Assembly: GCA_050273025.1 (NCBI GenBank)
Contig: CP158635.1
Location: 20,708,001-20,772,000, forward strand
Source of the DNA: Cenococcum geophilum
Lineage: Eukaryota
Direction: 5' to 3'
DNA: 64,000 bases
A model generated the notes under the pieces. It saw only the letters and a program-made list of their open reading frames with translations, was not told where the DNA came from and made no database searches. Below, in pieces: positions 43,164 through 54,200 of this stretch (the stretch's first letter is position 1; each line of letters opens with the position of its first letter). The translations under genes were made by a program, and so were the position numbers.

Positions 43164-44645
43164 TATCGGTATCACCCAAGTGTACTTGATTGGCCTATTA
43201 ACTGATGAATTGATTCTTGTCTAATAGGTACAGAAAGCAGAGGATCGTAAGGATCGCAGTGCCTAAGTAGGGGGCTGATTAGTCACCATAAGGATGACTA
43301 ATCAAAGACACGTAACCACATAACCTCTGTCCATATATTCCGACACTGGCAGTTCTTTCTTTATGCTTGTAGTGCTGCAGGAAGGCAGCAAGGCAGCAAG
43401 GTAGCAAGGTGTCGGTTTAGCTGGAGGTAGAAGCAGTAAAGGTCTGTTCGGGTGGTAGTACGGTATCAGCGGCGGTAGTGATAGTGGTCAAGCATAGAGC
43501 TTGTCTATCAGTCGGTCGGTTGATCGTAGGCGTATAGGCACGATCATTCGGTCGGTAGATCGCAGGCGTATCGGCGCGATTAGTATCGTAATAGCAGGCA
43601 TAGCGGCGCTATCAGTTTGTCGATGGTATGTGGCAGTACGGTGCTAGCGTCAGGTGGATTGCAGGCGTAATGGCACAATCGTTTAGTCGGTAGACCTCTA
43701 TCCTAACGAAGCTTGATCCTTTGGACGACGACATCCCCAAACGTGCTTATAGAGGGTAGTATTCGAGGATAGGGAGCGCGCTGGCGTTATAGGCGCGCTG
43801 TTGGACGTGGTATTCGACGTGGCAGATCTGCAAGGAAGCAGACGGTGTCGGGGTTATAGGGGGTGCTGCTAATGCTGCTGGGTTGTGGGATGCTGCTGGC
43901 GCTGCTAGATGATGGTTTGCTGCTGACGCTGCTGGATAATAGTTTGCTGCTGACGCTGCTGGGTTGCTGTAACGCTGGTGTACTGCACGAGGCTGTTGGG
44001 TATTGGTTTGTATGCTATGACGCGTACTGGGTAATGGTTTGCTGCTGAGTTGCGTAGCTGCGCTGGGGTACTGCGTAAAGCAGTTGGGTAGTTGGATGTT
44101 GGGTGCTGTAAAAGCTGGTGTGCTGTGTACGGCTAGAGCGCTGCCGTAGTACTGCTGGGGTAGCTGCTGAGGTAGCTGCTGAGGTACTGCCCGAGGGCTG
44201 TTGGACGTTTGGTGCTGTTGAGCTGGGGGTACGGCACTCAGTGAAGAGGTCGTACTAGGGGTTGATTTGCGTGCTGTAGAATGTCTTGTGCGTTGCGTAT
44301 TTGATAAATATTCTAAGCTGGCTGGGGTTGGATGCTGCCGGAGCTGCTGGGTGCTGGTTTTGCTGCTAGGTACTGGATTGCTGCTTGCGATCGAACAAAG
44401 CTGCTGGGGCGGCAGTGAACCTTATTGCTCTATAGCCAACCGGTGAGGTTAACTATTGATTAATGTCAGTATCACCTAAGTGCACTTAATTGGCCTATTA
44501 ACTAATAAATTAATTTTTGTCTAATAGGTACAGAAAGCAGAGGATTATAAGGATCGCAGTGCCTAAGTAGGGGGCTGATTAGTCACTATAAGGATGACTA
44601 ATTAAAGACACGTAACCACATAACCTCTGTCTATATATTCCGACA
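43164..44645 (-). mobile_element. Non-autonomous LTR element (1482 bp), GalEa-like termini
   Basis: 182-bp LTRs 43164-43345 and 44464-44645; TSD ATATT; GC-rich interior with Q/P/S-rich low-complexity minus-strand reading and no pol. Confidence 0.9.
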
Positions 44646-45657
44646 ATATTTTTTAGAGATAATCTAGTTAGTAAAAAGAGTATAGAAGGCTATCTGTTTA
44701 CCTTGTTTAGAGGATTAATTAACTAGCAATTAACTAAGCAAAGATTAGTAATAAAGTTAAGCACTAAAGTAGAGCTTCTAGCCCTGTTACATACGGCTAC
44801 CAAGTTAATTTAGTGGCAGCGATTCTTTAAAGAAGTCGGATTTAATACTAATAAGAAGTAAGTAATCTATTATAATAATATATAGATAATTCAACTACTT
44901 ACTAAAAGCGACGTTAAGCTTAATACTAAGCTCTAATACGTTAATATTTATTACTACTAGCTCCGCTAGAAAGTTTATAAAGAAAAGATTAATATTAAAT
45001 AGGTTCCTACTGAGGATATAATAGCAGACGGCTTAATAAAGGCTCTGCCTTATTAAAAGCATAAGGCGTTTATTTAGTAATTAAACCTTATTAATATAAA
45101 GGATCTAATTAATTTAATTTAAATAATATTTGGATAGAGTAAGTATATAGAGGATTTTCCTTAACTTAACACCAAATTAGTATTATAACTTTTTAGAATT
45201 TCTATAGCAGCCTAGAGGGCCCTATGTAGCTAGGGGGGTATATTAACCTAAATTGGAGTTTTTTACTACTATTATAATACTATCTAACGACCTAGATTAT
45301 CTATACGAACTATATCTTAGTTATCTCTTAACTTATAACTAAATGTTTTATTAAATATCTCATTACCTATTTTCTATTACCTATTTTAACTTAGTTATTT
45401 AGGCCTACCTAATATATATAAAGAGCTTCTAGAGCCCTTATTAATAGACAGAGTTCTTATTCCTAATCGTCCGTTTAATAGTTATACAGCTAGGCTCTTA
45501 TAAGTCAGTATATATTATTAAAAGGATTTACGCTAATAGCTCTTTACTACCTACCTTCTTAATTTAAAAGGCGCAAGCCTACCTAGAAGAATAGTATTAA
45601 ATTAGTAAGTAAAATAAGGGCCTTTGTAAATATATATATACTACCTCCTTTAGTAGG

Positions 45658-48118
45658 CAGTGTGGTCAGTAATAAATCTTATCGCGATAAGATCAATCGA
45701 TAATCATTTATCGCTTATCACTCGCTTATTTCAATAATTTTGATAATATCTTGGCACACCCCACTATAGAGAAAAATATTAAATCTCTTGGTTTCTTTGT
45801 ATATTATATACAATTATGGCTTCAGAAGCTAATTCCTCTCTTCTTACTAATACTCTTGACTTAATTAAGGACTTTAGCACACAACGAGAGAGGAATACAA
45901 GGTCCGCAGTTTATGAATACTCCTATAAACCGAACGCCAATGAGCTAGAGCGCGATAGAAATGGCCGGAAGCTTATCTACTGCTCTAAATGCTCGTACGG
46001 CGGATTATTAACTACTAATCTCCGGAATTACCTAAAGTTGAGGCATTAAATTATTATGGAAGTAAGCGATAGTAGTACCAAAGTCGCAGCATACGAGAAA
46101 TTAAAGTAACTCTACGACGAAGCTTCTGCCCAGAGTAATATAACTAAGTTTAATTCCTATGTACTAAAGAAGATTCTTAATAAGGACGTTATTAAGTAGG
46201 CTCTTCTTAACTTAATTATTATACATAATCTTCCTTTCCGGGCGGTTAAGTGGCTAGAACTCTATGTACTCTATCAGGCCCTAAATCCGGAATCAAGAAG
46301 CTATATCCTAGCATCTTATGCAACTGTTGCTAAAATAATCAATAATTTATTCTAATTATAAATGGATATCGTACGGAAAAAGCTCCAGTCTGCGTTAACA
46401 AACATTTATCTTACTGTTAATATCTGGACCTTACTAAATAACTACCTTCTTCTTGCGATCTATGCTTACTTTATTAATAACTAAAAGGAGTAAATAAAGG
46501 CTCTTCTTGCTTTTTGCACAGTAGCTAGTCATAGTAGGGCAGACTAATAGGATGCTCTACTTCTAGTTCTAAAGAACTTTAGAATTATACGAAAGCTTAG
46601 AGCTATTATTGCCGATAACTCCGGTATAAATAACACTCTCTACCGTACAATTAGTCAGTGTCTCCTTAAAGATAAATATATTAAATGGGATCCCACGCAA
46701 TAGCGGATCCGTTGCCAAGGCTATATTATTAATCTTACTGTCCAAGCATTCTTATTTAAAGATGTTATTGACGTTAAGCAGATTAAGTCATACGAAAAGG
46801 ATAAGAAGAGCGGGGAGGAACTTAGTGAAAAGGAAAAGAAGGATAAGCAAGACGTATTTTAGCGTATGGGTATACTTGGCAAGCTTTATAATATTATCAT
46901 CCACATACGCTCCTTAGCTGCACGTACGAAACTGTTCGTAAGCTATACGGGGAGAAGGATTCTACTTAATAACCGTACGCAATAAAACAGCTGGTTTTAT
47001 ATGCTTATTATAGCGCTTTAGTATAGGAGTGCGGTTAACAAGTATATGGAGGAAAACTTATTAACGCTCCTAAAGGACAGTCTTACTCCACAAGACTAGT
47101 AACTACTTCGCATAATATTAGAGTTCCTTACACCCTTTAAGAAAGCAACTTAGAAATTATAAGGTAATAATGCAACGCTTAACCAAGTGCTTCCTATAAT
47201 AGATATTCTTATTAAGCATATAGACAGGGCTCTTGTACATCTATCCGCATTTCTTACTTGCAAAAACTAACGCTATAATAGAAACTACATCGTGCTAATA
47301 AGGCCTTTGTTTCTAGAATCAATTATTACTAGGTAAAGTTTAATAAGTACTACACAGAAACTAATAGGTCGCCTCTTTATACAACTGCTCTTATTCTTTA
47401 CCCTAAGCGTCGTACGAATTATATTAAGAGATATTGGCTAGAGAAGTGGCAGAAGGACGCCTTGTTAAGGGTTAAGAACCTTTAGGAGAAGTACCGAGAT
47501 AAGCATGCAGTTTCTGTATTATACGAGAAGGAGCCTAAATCTAAGACACAGGAAGAACAGCTTAACTTATTTAATCGTATCAAGCGGGATATCGATAATA
47601 AGTATACCCGTCCAGCAAGCCAGGACAAGTACGAGGATTACTGTTCTGGAGAGCCGTATAACCCTAAGGTTTCTGCAATTCAGTGGTAGGCGCAGGAGCA
47701 GCAACAAAAGCGTTGGCCACGGCTTTTAGCATTTGCATTCGAAGTTCTATCAATTCCTACAATAAGCGATGACCCTAAGAGAGTTTTTTCTGGTAGGCGT
47801 TGTATAATATCATGGGAAAGAATAAAGCTTAGAGTAGAGACGGTTGAAAAAACAGAGTGCTTAAAGAGTTGGTATCGAAGTGGGGTCTTAAAGGGGGGAA
47901 GTGGCTAGTGTTAACACCTACACGAACCGTGCACTACCTATACACGGACCTACTACCAATTAATAATTATCAATTATCAATCCTAACGGAATAACACTAG
48001 ATTAGGCCAGTGTATTGCCTAGATAACGTAATATAGATTTTATTATAATTATTTCAATCAATAATGATCAATTATGATAATTTTATCATTTATTATTGCT
48101 TTATTATTGACCACACTG
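45658..48118 (+). mobile_element. hAT transposon (hAT-2) with transposase pseudogene 45816-~47908
   Basis: TIR CAGTGTGGTCA; TSD TTAGTAGG/CTAGTAGG; BED-finger start (ORF 45816-46049, YCSKC); RIRCQGH-like ~46705; probable intron ~47236-47281; SIP.MSDDPERVFSG-like ~47750-47795. Confidence 0.93.
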
Positions 48119-49685
48119 CTAGTAGGTAAACGGATAACTCCTTAGGTCTATATTATATTAAATATTATAATAAATATATAAGACACCTTATAAAAGATTC
48201 TAACGGTAAAATATAGTAATATTGCCTACTTTTAATAGATAATTATTCGAGCCACTTTACCTGGCAATTTGTTAAGTATGTGCTTGCGTATAAGATTATC
48301 CTAGTAACCCTACTACCTTATTTGACTTATAAGCTTCAACCACTAAATGTAAGTTGTTTTGGGCCACTTTCTCACTACTATAGGAAATAAGAAGATGGCC
48401 TCTGTCGATATGGCCACTTAAGCGTCAATAAGGAATATTTTTTAAAGCTCTACCTAAAGGCGCGCATACAGGCATTTACCTACGATACGATCTGCAGCGC
48501 CTGGAAAGCTATAGGCCTTCTACCTTATAATCCTACTGCTGTCTTAAAGACTTTTACCTATATAGAGCCAGTGTGGCTAACAGTTAGCGTCTAGCGAGCT
48601 TCGCTGACTGACTGTACTAATTAAATCGCTCGCTGTCTACTTGCTGGGTATATCTATACGCTAACTATACCGCTGTTAGCGCGCTTTCTAAATTAAGTAA
48701 TTTATATAGATTTAATAGAGTCATAGAGCCAAATCTTAGATTTTTAACAGCACCTCTATATGTACAAATATTGACGTTACCCGATCTTAAATCTACTCTA
48801 ATTAACCTTATATAGTGTTCGGACATTGTTAGATTTAGTCGCCACGCCACGCAGGCTTTAAAGAAGTTAGTAGTGACGTTAATAGTAAGAATTTGGGTTA
48901 GGTAGTTAAGTGGGCTCTATAAGCTTTATTTTAAAGTTAGATTCTGTTAGGTAGAGAGCTTTAGTAAACATACCTCTCTTATTTAGTGTTTCTACTACTA
49001 TATCTGGCCTATAGCTAGTAAGATTAGTATTTAAATTTATTAACCAGGGCGTAATTAGGGCTCCGTTAGAGTTAATACAGTTAATTAAGCTGCTTAGTAG
49101 AGGGCCTTTAGGTAGCCACTATTTCTAATATTAGTCTGCTTTAACTGTATCGGCTAAAAGCCTATTGCGCTTATTAATAACGATCTTCTTAGCTTAACTA
49201 AAAGCTCGCTTATATATAGAGCTTATTGCTAGTATAGAGAATAGATCTAAAGCGATCTTGGCGAGAGTTAGATAAAGGATTTAACTAGTGGTAAGCTACT
49301 AGTTAAGAAGATCTGGAATGACGTTGCTTACTTTACTACTATTTTTATTACGGATCTTAACTAGCTTAAGGCCTACCTTATAGTAGTAATTAAGTTTAGC
49401 AGTAAACTTAATTTACTTTTATAAGCGTAAAGTGTGTTGCATTTTCCGTAGTAATAAAAAGGTTGATATTAGTAGGCGAACGCGTTTATAGACGCGACAG
49501 GGAATTTAGAGAAAACTATACTATTTTATATAAATATCCCAGGGGTTTCCCGCCCGGATTTTAGCCGAAGATCTTAGATCCTTAATCTTTACTAAAAGCT
49601 TTAAAATACTACTAAATTAATCCTTTCTTACCACCTATGCAGCGAGCTGTTAGCTCGCTGCAGTCTTACTACTAATTAACTATTA

Positions 49686-50329
49686 TTATCTTAGGTGCCT
49701 TAGACCCTCGTTAAGGAATTACCTCTTACTTTATAAATATTATACAATTCTATTATAAAAATTTGCTAAGGAAGGTGCCGTATGTAAGCAATCTAGCCAT
49801 TTAGAGTATATGTAAGGTAATTCCTCTTTAAGGGTTTAAGAGAAAATAGGCGCGTTTTATACCCTTATACCTTATAGTTTCCTTATACTTTTAAGATAGA
49901 ACTTCCCTATTATAACTTATTTTTCTCTAAGATTAGGTAAAAAAGAAGTTATAGTAGTGGGATATAATTAAGGTTCTAATATAGCTAGTTAGATTAGCCT
50001 AGTTTAAAAAAAATAAACTTTAAGGCTATATATTAACCCCTAATATATAGGCTAGCTAATTAAATTAATTAGAATATATAAGAAGAAGAGGTTGTAATTT
50101 AAGTGCATTAATAACTATAGCTATAGCTGCTAAATTGGCCCTATTATAGCTGCTTAAAAATAATATATGTTAAAAAAGTGGGCTAGCTTATAGTAAGCAC
50201 ACGCCTATAATCTCTTAAACGCTATATAGAGGATTTTATTAGGTTATATAGAGCTAAGAATTAATAGGAAGTTATATAAAGGGGTAGGCCTACTAATTAT
50301 CTATAAAGCGGCTAAGGCACCTAAGATAA
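49686..50329. mobile_element. MITE family M, copy 1 (644 bp)
   Basis: TIR TTATCTTAGGTGCCTTAG; 8-bp TSD AACTATTA/GACTATTA; homologous to 52251-52946 in inverted orientation. Confidence 0.85.
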
Positions 50330-50354
50330 GACTATTATAACTATATACGCTAAC

Positions 50355-51905
50355 TTTTTTTTTATTTTTTATTTTTATATCCGTTGTATTATACTACGTA
50401 TAATACTGCGCATGCAGCCTCTAGGCTATGGCGCTATAGTTCTATATACATGAATCCTTCCTAGGCAGCTTAACATGTACTAGTAGCTAAGTGGACACTC
50501 TGGCCCGTTTTAAATACTAGGGGGAGCTCCTAGCCTATTGGTGTTTTGTCCTGATATCTTGCTTACTATGGTCTAGTTTATGCCAAGAAAATCGCACTAA
50601 GGAAATCCTGGCTCTTTTATCTATTTCTGCCGTATTCTGCCATTCCTAGAGTAGAAAAAGCGCTCTAAAAGAAAGATTTTTATTAAATAGTTTTGCACTT
50701 AAGAATAAGAGGCGTTACAATAGCTTGCTAGCTTGGAAGCAGCTACCAATTACCTAAAGCGACTTTTTATCCTGTACCCTATCTCTTCTCCTTGCTAAAG
50801 AAATGGTTAGGGAATTAGTAATTAATAGGTACTCTCCCCAAAAATAACCTACTAATGGTATTTTATAAGGGCGAACCTCGTTACGTAAACCCACTCCCAT
50901 AGGAAAATTTTCACGAAGTTGTCTTGTATAGGGTATAAACACCAATTCGCCTATACACCTTAGATTTAACGTGCTAAAGTAACACGGGCCGGCCCCTTCC
51001 CCTCCCCCACTATAGCCACCCCTATCTGCGCATCTGCGGTACGCCTATAGTGCGGTATTGTATGGTATGTTGTGGCGGTGGTGGCGGTTGTGGTAGAGGT
51101 CGTCTGCAGCGCGATGGCCGTAGACAGGTTGTGGAGAGGTCGTCTGCAGCGTGATGGCTGTAGACAGGTTGTGGAGGTCGTCTGCAGCGCGATGGCTGTA
51201 GATGGTAGAGGTCGTCTGCAGCCTGATGGCTGTAGACAGGTTGCGAAGGTCGTCTGCAGCTTAATGGCTGTAGACAGGTTGCGAAGGTCGACTGCAGCCT
51301 GATGGCTGTAGACAGGTTGCGAAGGTCGACTACAGCCCGATGGCTGTAGACAGGTTGCGAAGGTCGTCTGCAGCCCGATGGCTGTAGACAGGTTGTGGTA
51401 GAGGTCGTCTGCAGCTTGATGGCTGTAGACAGGTTGTGGTAGAGGTCGTCTGCCGCTTGATGGCTGTAGACAGGTTGTGGTAGAGGTCGTCTGCAGCTTG
51501 ATGGCTGTAGACAGGTTGTGGTAGAGGTCGTCTGCCGCTTGATGGCTGTAGACAGGTTGTGGTAGAGGTCGTCTGCCGCTTGATGGCTGTAGACAGGTTG
51601 TGGTAGAGGTCGTCTGCAGCTTAATGGCTGTAGACAGGTTGCGAAGGTCGTCTGCAGCTTGACGGCTGTAGACAGGTTGCGGAGGTCGTCTGCAGCTTGA
51701 TGGCTGTAGACAGGTTGCGGAGGTCGTCTGCAGCTTGATGGCTGTAGACAGGTTGTGGTGGAGGTCGTCTGCAGCGTAATGGCTGTAGACTGGTTGTAGT
51801 AGAGGTTGTGATGTGTCTGGTATTTGGCGTCTGGTGACGTGTCCGTAGGGGCTATATAGCCAGGGGCGTCCTAGCGACGACGACGGAGGAGCGAAGGGGG
51901 AGACC
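50355..51905 (-). mobile_element. Non-autonomous poly(A) retroposon (SINE-like, 1551 bp) with internal hairpin array
   Basis: TSD TATACGCTAAC(T) at 50344-50354 and 51906-51916; interrupted poly(T) 50355-50376 = minus-strand poly(A); no RT or endonuclease motifs seen. Confidence 0.8.
51087..51809. repeat. Tandem array, about 18 units of mostly 38 or 41 bp, each with a hairpin
   Basis: Unit GGTC-GTCTGCAGC-ttgatg-GCTGTAGAC-AGGTTG(TGGTAGA/CGAA). Confidence 0.95.
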
Positions 51906-52250
51906 TATACGCTAACTAGCTGCTAGCGATACTGCCTATTAGCTATACTATATAGAGCCTTTTAAAAGCTAGGATATAGGGGAATTAAATATACTTACTA
52001 CTTTACGTACTCTAAAGACGCTAGGAACTATAAAGGAAATTAAATCTTTATATAGTTGGATCGACGAATTAGCAACCGCGCGACTTAACGGCCTACTTAA
52101 GACTCTAACTTAATGACGTCTTAAAAAGCCATTTAAAGCTTTAATAGGCTTCGCGACCGACTCCTATATCTAAAGGGAAGAAAATAAGAAATATTAAAGC
52201 CCTTGTATTAATAAGAAGTTAAGTAGGCAACTCCTTAGTAAGGGTAGAGT

Positions 52251-52946
52251 TTATCTTAGGTGTCTTAGCCGCTTTGTAAATAATTAGTAGGCCCGCCCCT
52301 TTATATAACTTTTTACTAATTCTTAGCTCTACGTAACTTAATAAATCCTTTATAAAGCGTTTAAGAGCTTATAGGCGCGTGTTTAGTATAACTTATATAC
52401 CATTTCTAACGCATATTAAATTTAAATAGCTATATTAGGGTTAATCCAGCAGCTATTACTATAGTTTGCGATGCATTTATATTACAATCTCTCCTACTAA
52501 TATATTCTAATTAATTAAACTAGCTAACTAACGTATTAGGGGGCGAAGTATAGCCTTAAAGTTTAAAGACGTGTTTTTAAACCTATATTTACTTAACTAA
52601 CTATATTAGAACCTTAATTACATTTTATTACTATAACTTATTTTTCCCTAAGATTAGGTAAGCCACCCTTTATTATAGCTAAAAAGTAGCTTACCTAATC
52701 TTAGGGGAAAATAAGTTATAGTAGGGAAGTTTTATTTTAAAAATATAAGAAAACTATAAGGTATAAGGGTGCAAAAAGTAACTATTTCCCCTTAGACCCT
52801 TAGAGAGGAGTTGCCTTACACATGCTCTAATTAGCTAGATCGCTTGCGCACTGTACCTTCCTTAGTAGGATTTTATAACAGAATTGCATAATATTTATAA
52901 AGTGAGAGACGAATTCCTTAACGAGGGTCTAGGGCACCTAAGATAA
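52251..52946. mobile_element. MITE family M, copy 2 (696 bp)
   Basis: TIR TTATCTTAGGTG..CACCTAAGATAA; exact TSD GGTAGAGT (52243-52250, 52947-52954); the pogo frame GRV|L rejoins across it. Confidence 0.87.
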
Positions 52947-53711
52947 GGTAGAGTCCTTAGTTAGGAAGATGTTGATTGATTAAAATCTAAAGATCTATAG
53001 AAGCAGGAGGCCTCCGCATAAAAGTTAACTTAAAGGGAGTATAAGGAAGGAACGACTTTACTAGAGCTTAACGTTGCTACGTTAAGCAGAGCCGTTCTAA
53101 ACCTTAGTAAATATAATTAGAATTAGGCCCACCTCTCTTATATATTTGGGTGTGATCCACAGCCTGTAAATAAGTAGATTAATAGGTTGTTGATCTGGAA
53201 AGGGACGTCGTAGGAATATAGTAGCCGCCTATGCAGTTAGTCGGCATGTGGGATTACATTACCACTAAAAGGTAGATAAATTAATTCAAGTAATATTACG
53301 ATCGAAATAGTAATATAAAAGCTTTAATTTAGCCTACTTAGAATCTATATAAGCTCGTTGTTGATTTTATTATAAATTGATCAAATATCACCTATATATG
53401 GCTCGCTAGGTAGGGTAGCTCGCTTCCTAGTTAGCTATAGTGCTACGTTATAAGCTCCTTAGGCTTGTAGCCCTTTCCCTCTCTTTATCGGTTGGTCTCT
53501 ATATAAGGGTATTGCCCTACCCTACTCTTTGCCATATTGTCCTCTTTTATTAACTCTCCTATAACTTATACTCGGCTTACCTACTCCCTACTATATACCC
53601 TAGCAATATACCTTATAGATATATTATTATAAAATATAAATTAGATTTTTAATAGAATCTTCGTGGATTTTAGACTAAAACTTAACTAACTACCCATATC
53701 TATCACATATC

Positions 53712-53731
53712 GGGGGGGGGGGGGGGGGGGG
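53712..53731 (+). repeat. G20 homopolymer
   Basis: Directly visible. Confidence 0.9.
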
Positions 53732-53949
53732 CAATTTAGCTTAGTTACGACTCGAGTAAATATAAGGTTAGAGCTACCCCTACTAATAACGCGCCTGAAC
53801 CCCGCACGAGGTCGCGCAGTAACCGCCCCCAAGTACCTTCGCACGCGATTTTAGGCGAAGGGGTACATAATATATATTAGATCAGTACTTCTAAACGGTC
53901 GCGTAATGTTACTCTAAATTTACAACACTTAAACGCGCTCTACTCCTAC

Positions 53950-54188
53950 ATTAAGGCGTCTTAGTTACTGTAATACAGTCCTATATTAAGACGCCTTGGT
54001 TACTAAAGTATAGTCCTATATTAAGGTGTCTCGGTTACTATAGTATAGTCTTATATTAAGGAGTCTTAGTTACTACAGTAGTCCTATATTAAGGCGTCTT
54101 AATTACTACAGTGCAGTCTTATATTAAGGTGTCTCGGTTACTATAATAGTCCTATATTAAGGTATTTTAGTTACTATAGTAGTCCTAT
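53950..54188. repeat. Tandem repeat, 7 units of 33-35 bp
   Basis: Consensus ATTAAGGCGTCTTAGTTACTACAGT(GC)AGTCCTAT with transition-type variants. Confidence 0.92.
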
Positions 54189-54200
54189 AATAAGATAGTA

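Larger units (their letters stand above)
31178..45480 (+). mobile_element. Ty1/Copia element (Copia-1), RIP-inactivated
   Basis: 240-bp LTRs 31178-31417 and 45241-45480; TSD GTTAT; PPT GGGGGG ~45233; protease ILDSG-like ~32660, integrase ~40600-41100, RT FFYVDDI-like ~42390, RNase H ADGLTKAL ~45025 (Copia domain order). Confidence 0.94.
48569..51950 (-). mobile_element. Internally deleted hAT (hAT-3) containing a MITE and a retroposon
   Basis: Left TIR CAGTGTGGCTAACA, right TATTAGCTATACTA (RIPed complement); exact TSD TATAGAGC (48561-48568, 51951-51958); minus-strand dimerisation domain YPTLAKIALDLFSIPAMSSACERAFS-like ~49110-49280. Confidence 0.88.
30609..53259 (+). mobile_element. Fot1/pogo (Tc1/mariner) transposon in pieces: 30609-31177, 45486-45657, 48127-48568, 51959-52250, 52955-53259
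   Basis: HTH region SIRKAS..PRSTI..RL ~30680; NFDEKGVMLG ~31078; LLLMDNHSSH-like ~48225; LPPHSTHKLQPLDV-like ~48310; C-terminal TPKT and GRVL; Fot1-like end GATTAC(G>A)T|TA at 53259. Left TIR expected upstream of the window. Confidence 0.85.

Noticed and set aside
50940..51000. HDV-like ribozyme (GGCCGGC...GGCGAAT on the minus strand)
   Set aside because: Could not find the P1 partner or P3/L3 by eye; a covariance-model search would be needed.
51072..51302. 76-aa repeat ORF as a gene
   Set aside because: Product of 38/41-bp repeats that shift frame; GTG start.
51087..51809. CRISPR-like array of palindromic repeats
   Set aside because: No unique spacers, no cas genes, eukaryotic RIP context.
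49686..52946. One large element with ~650-bp TIRs
   Set aside because: Each arm has its own TIRs and TSD, and the arms sit in different hosts (hAT-3 and pogo).
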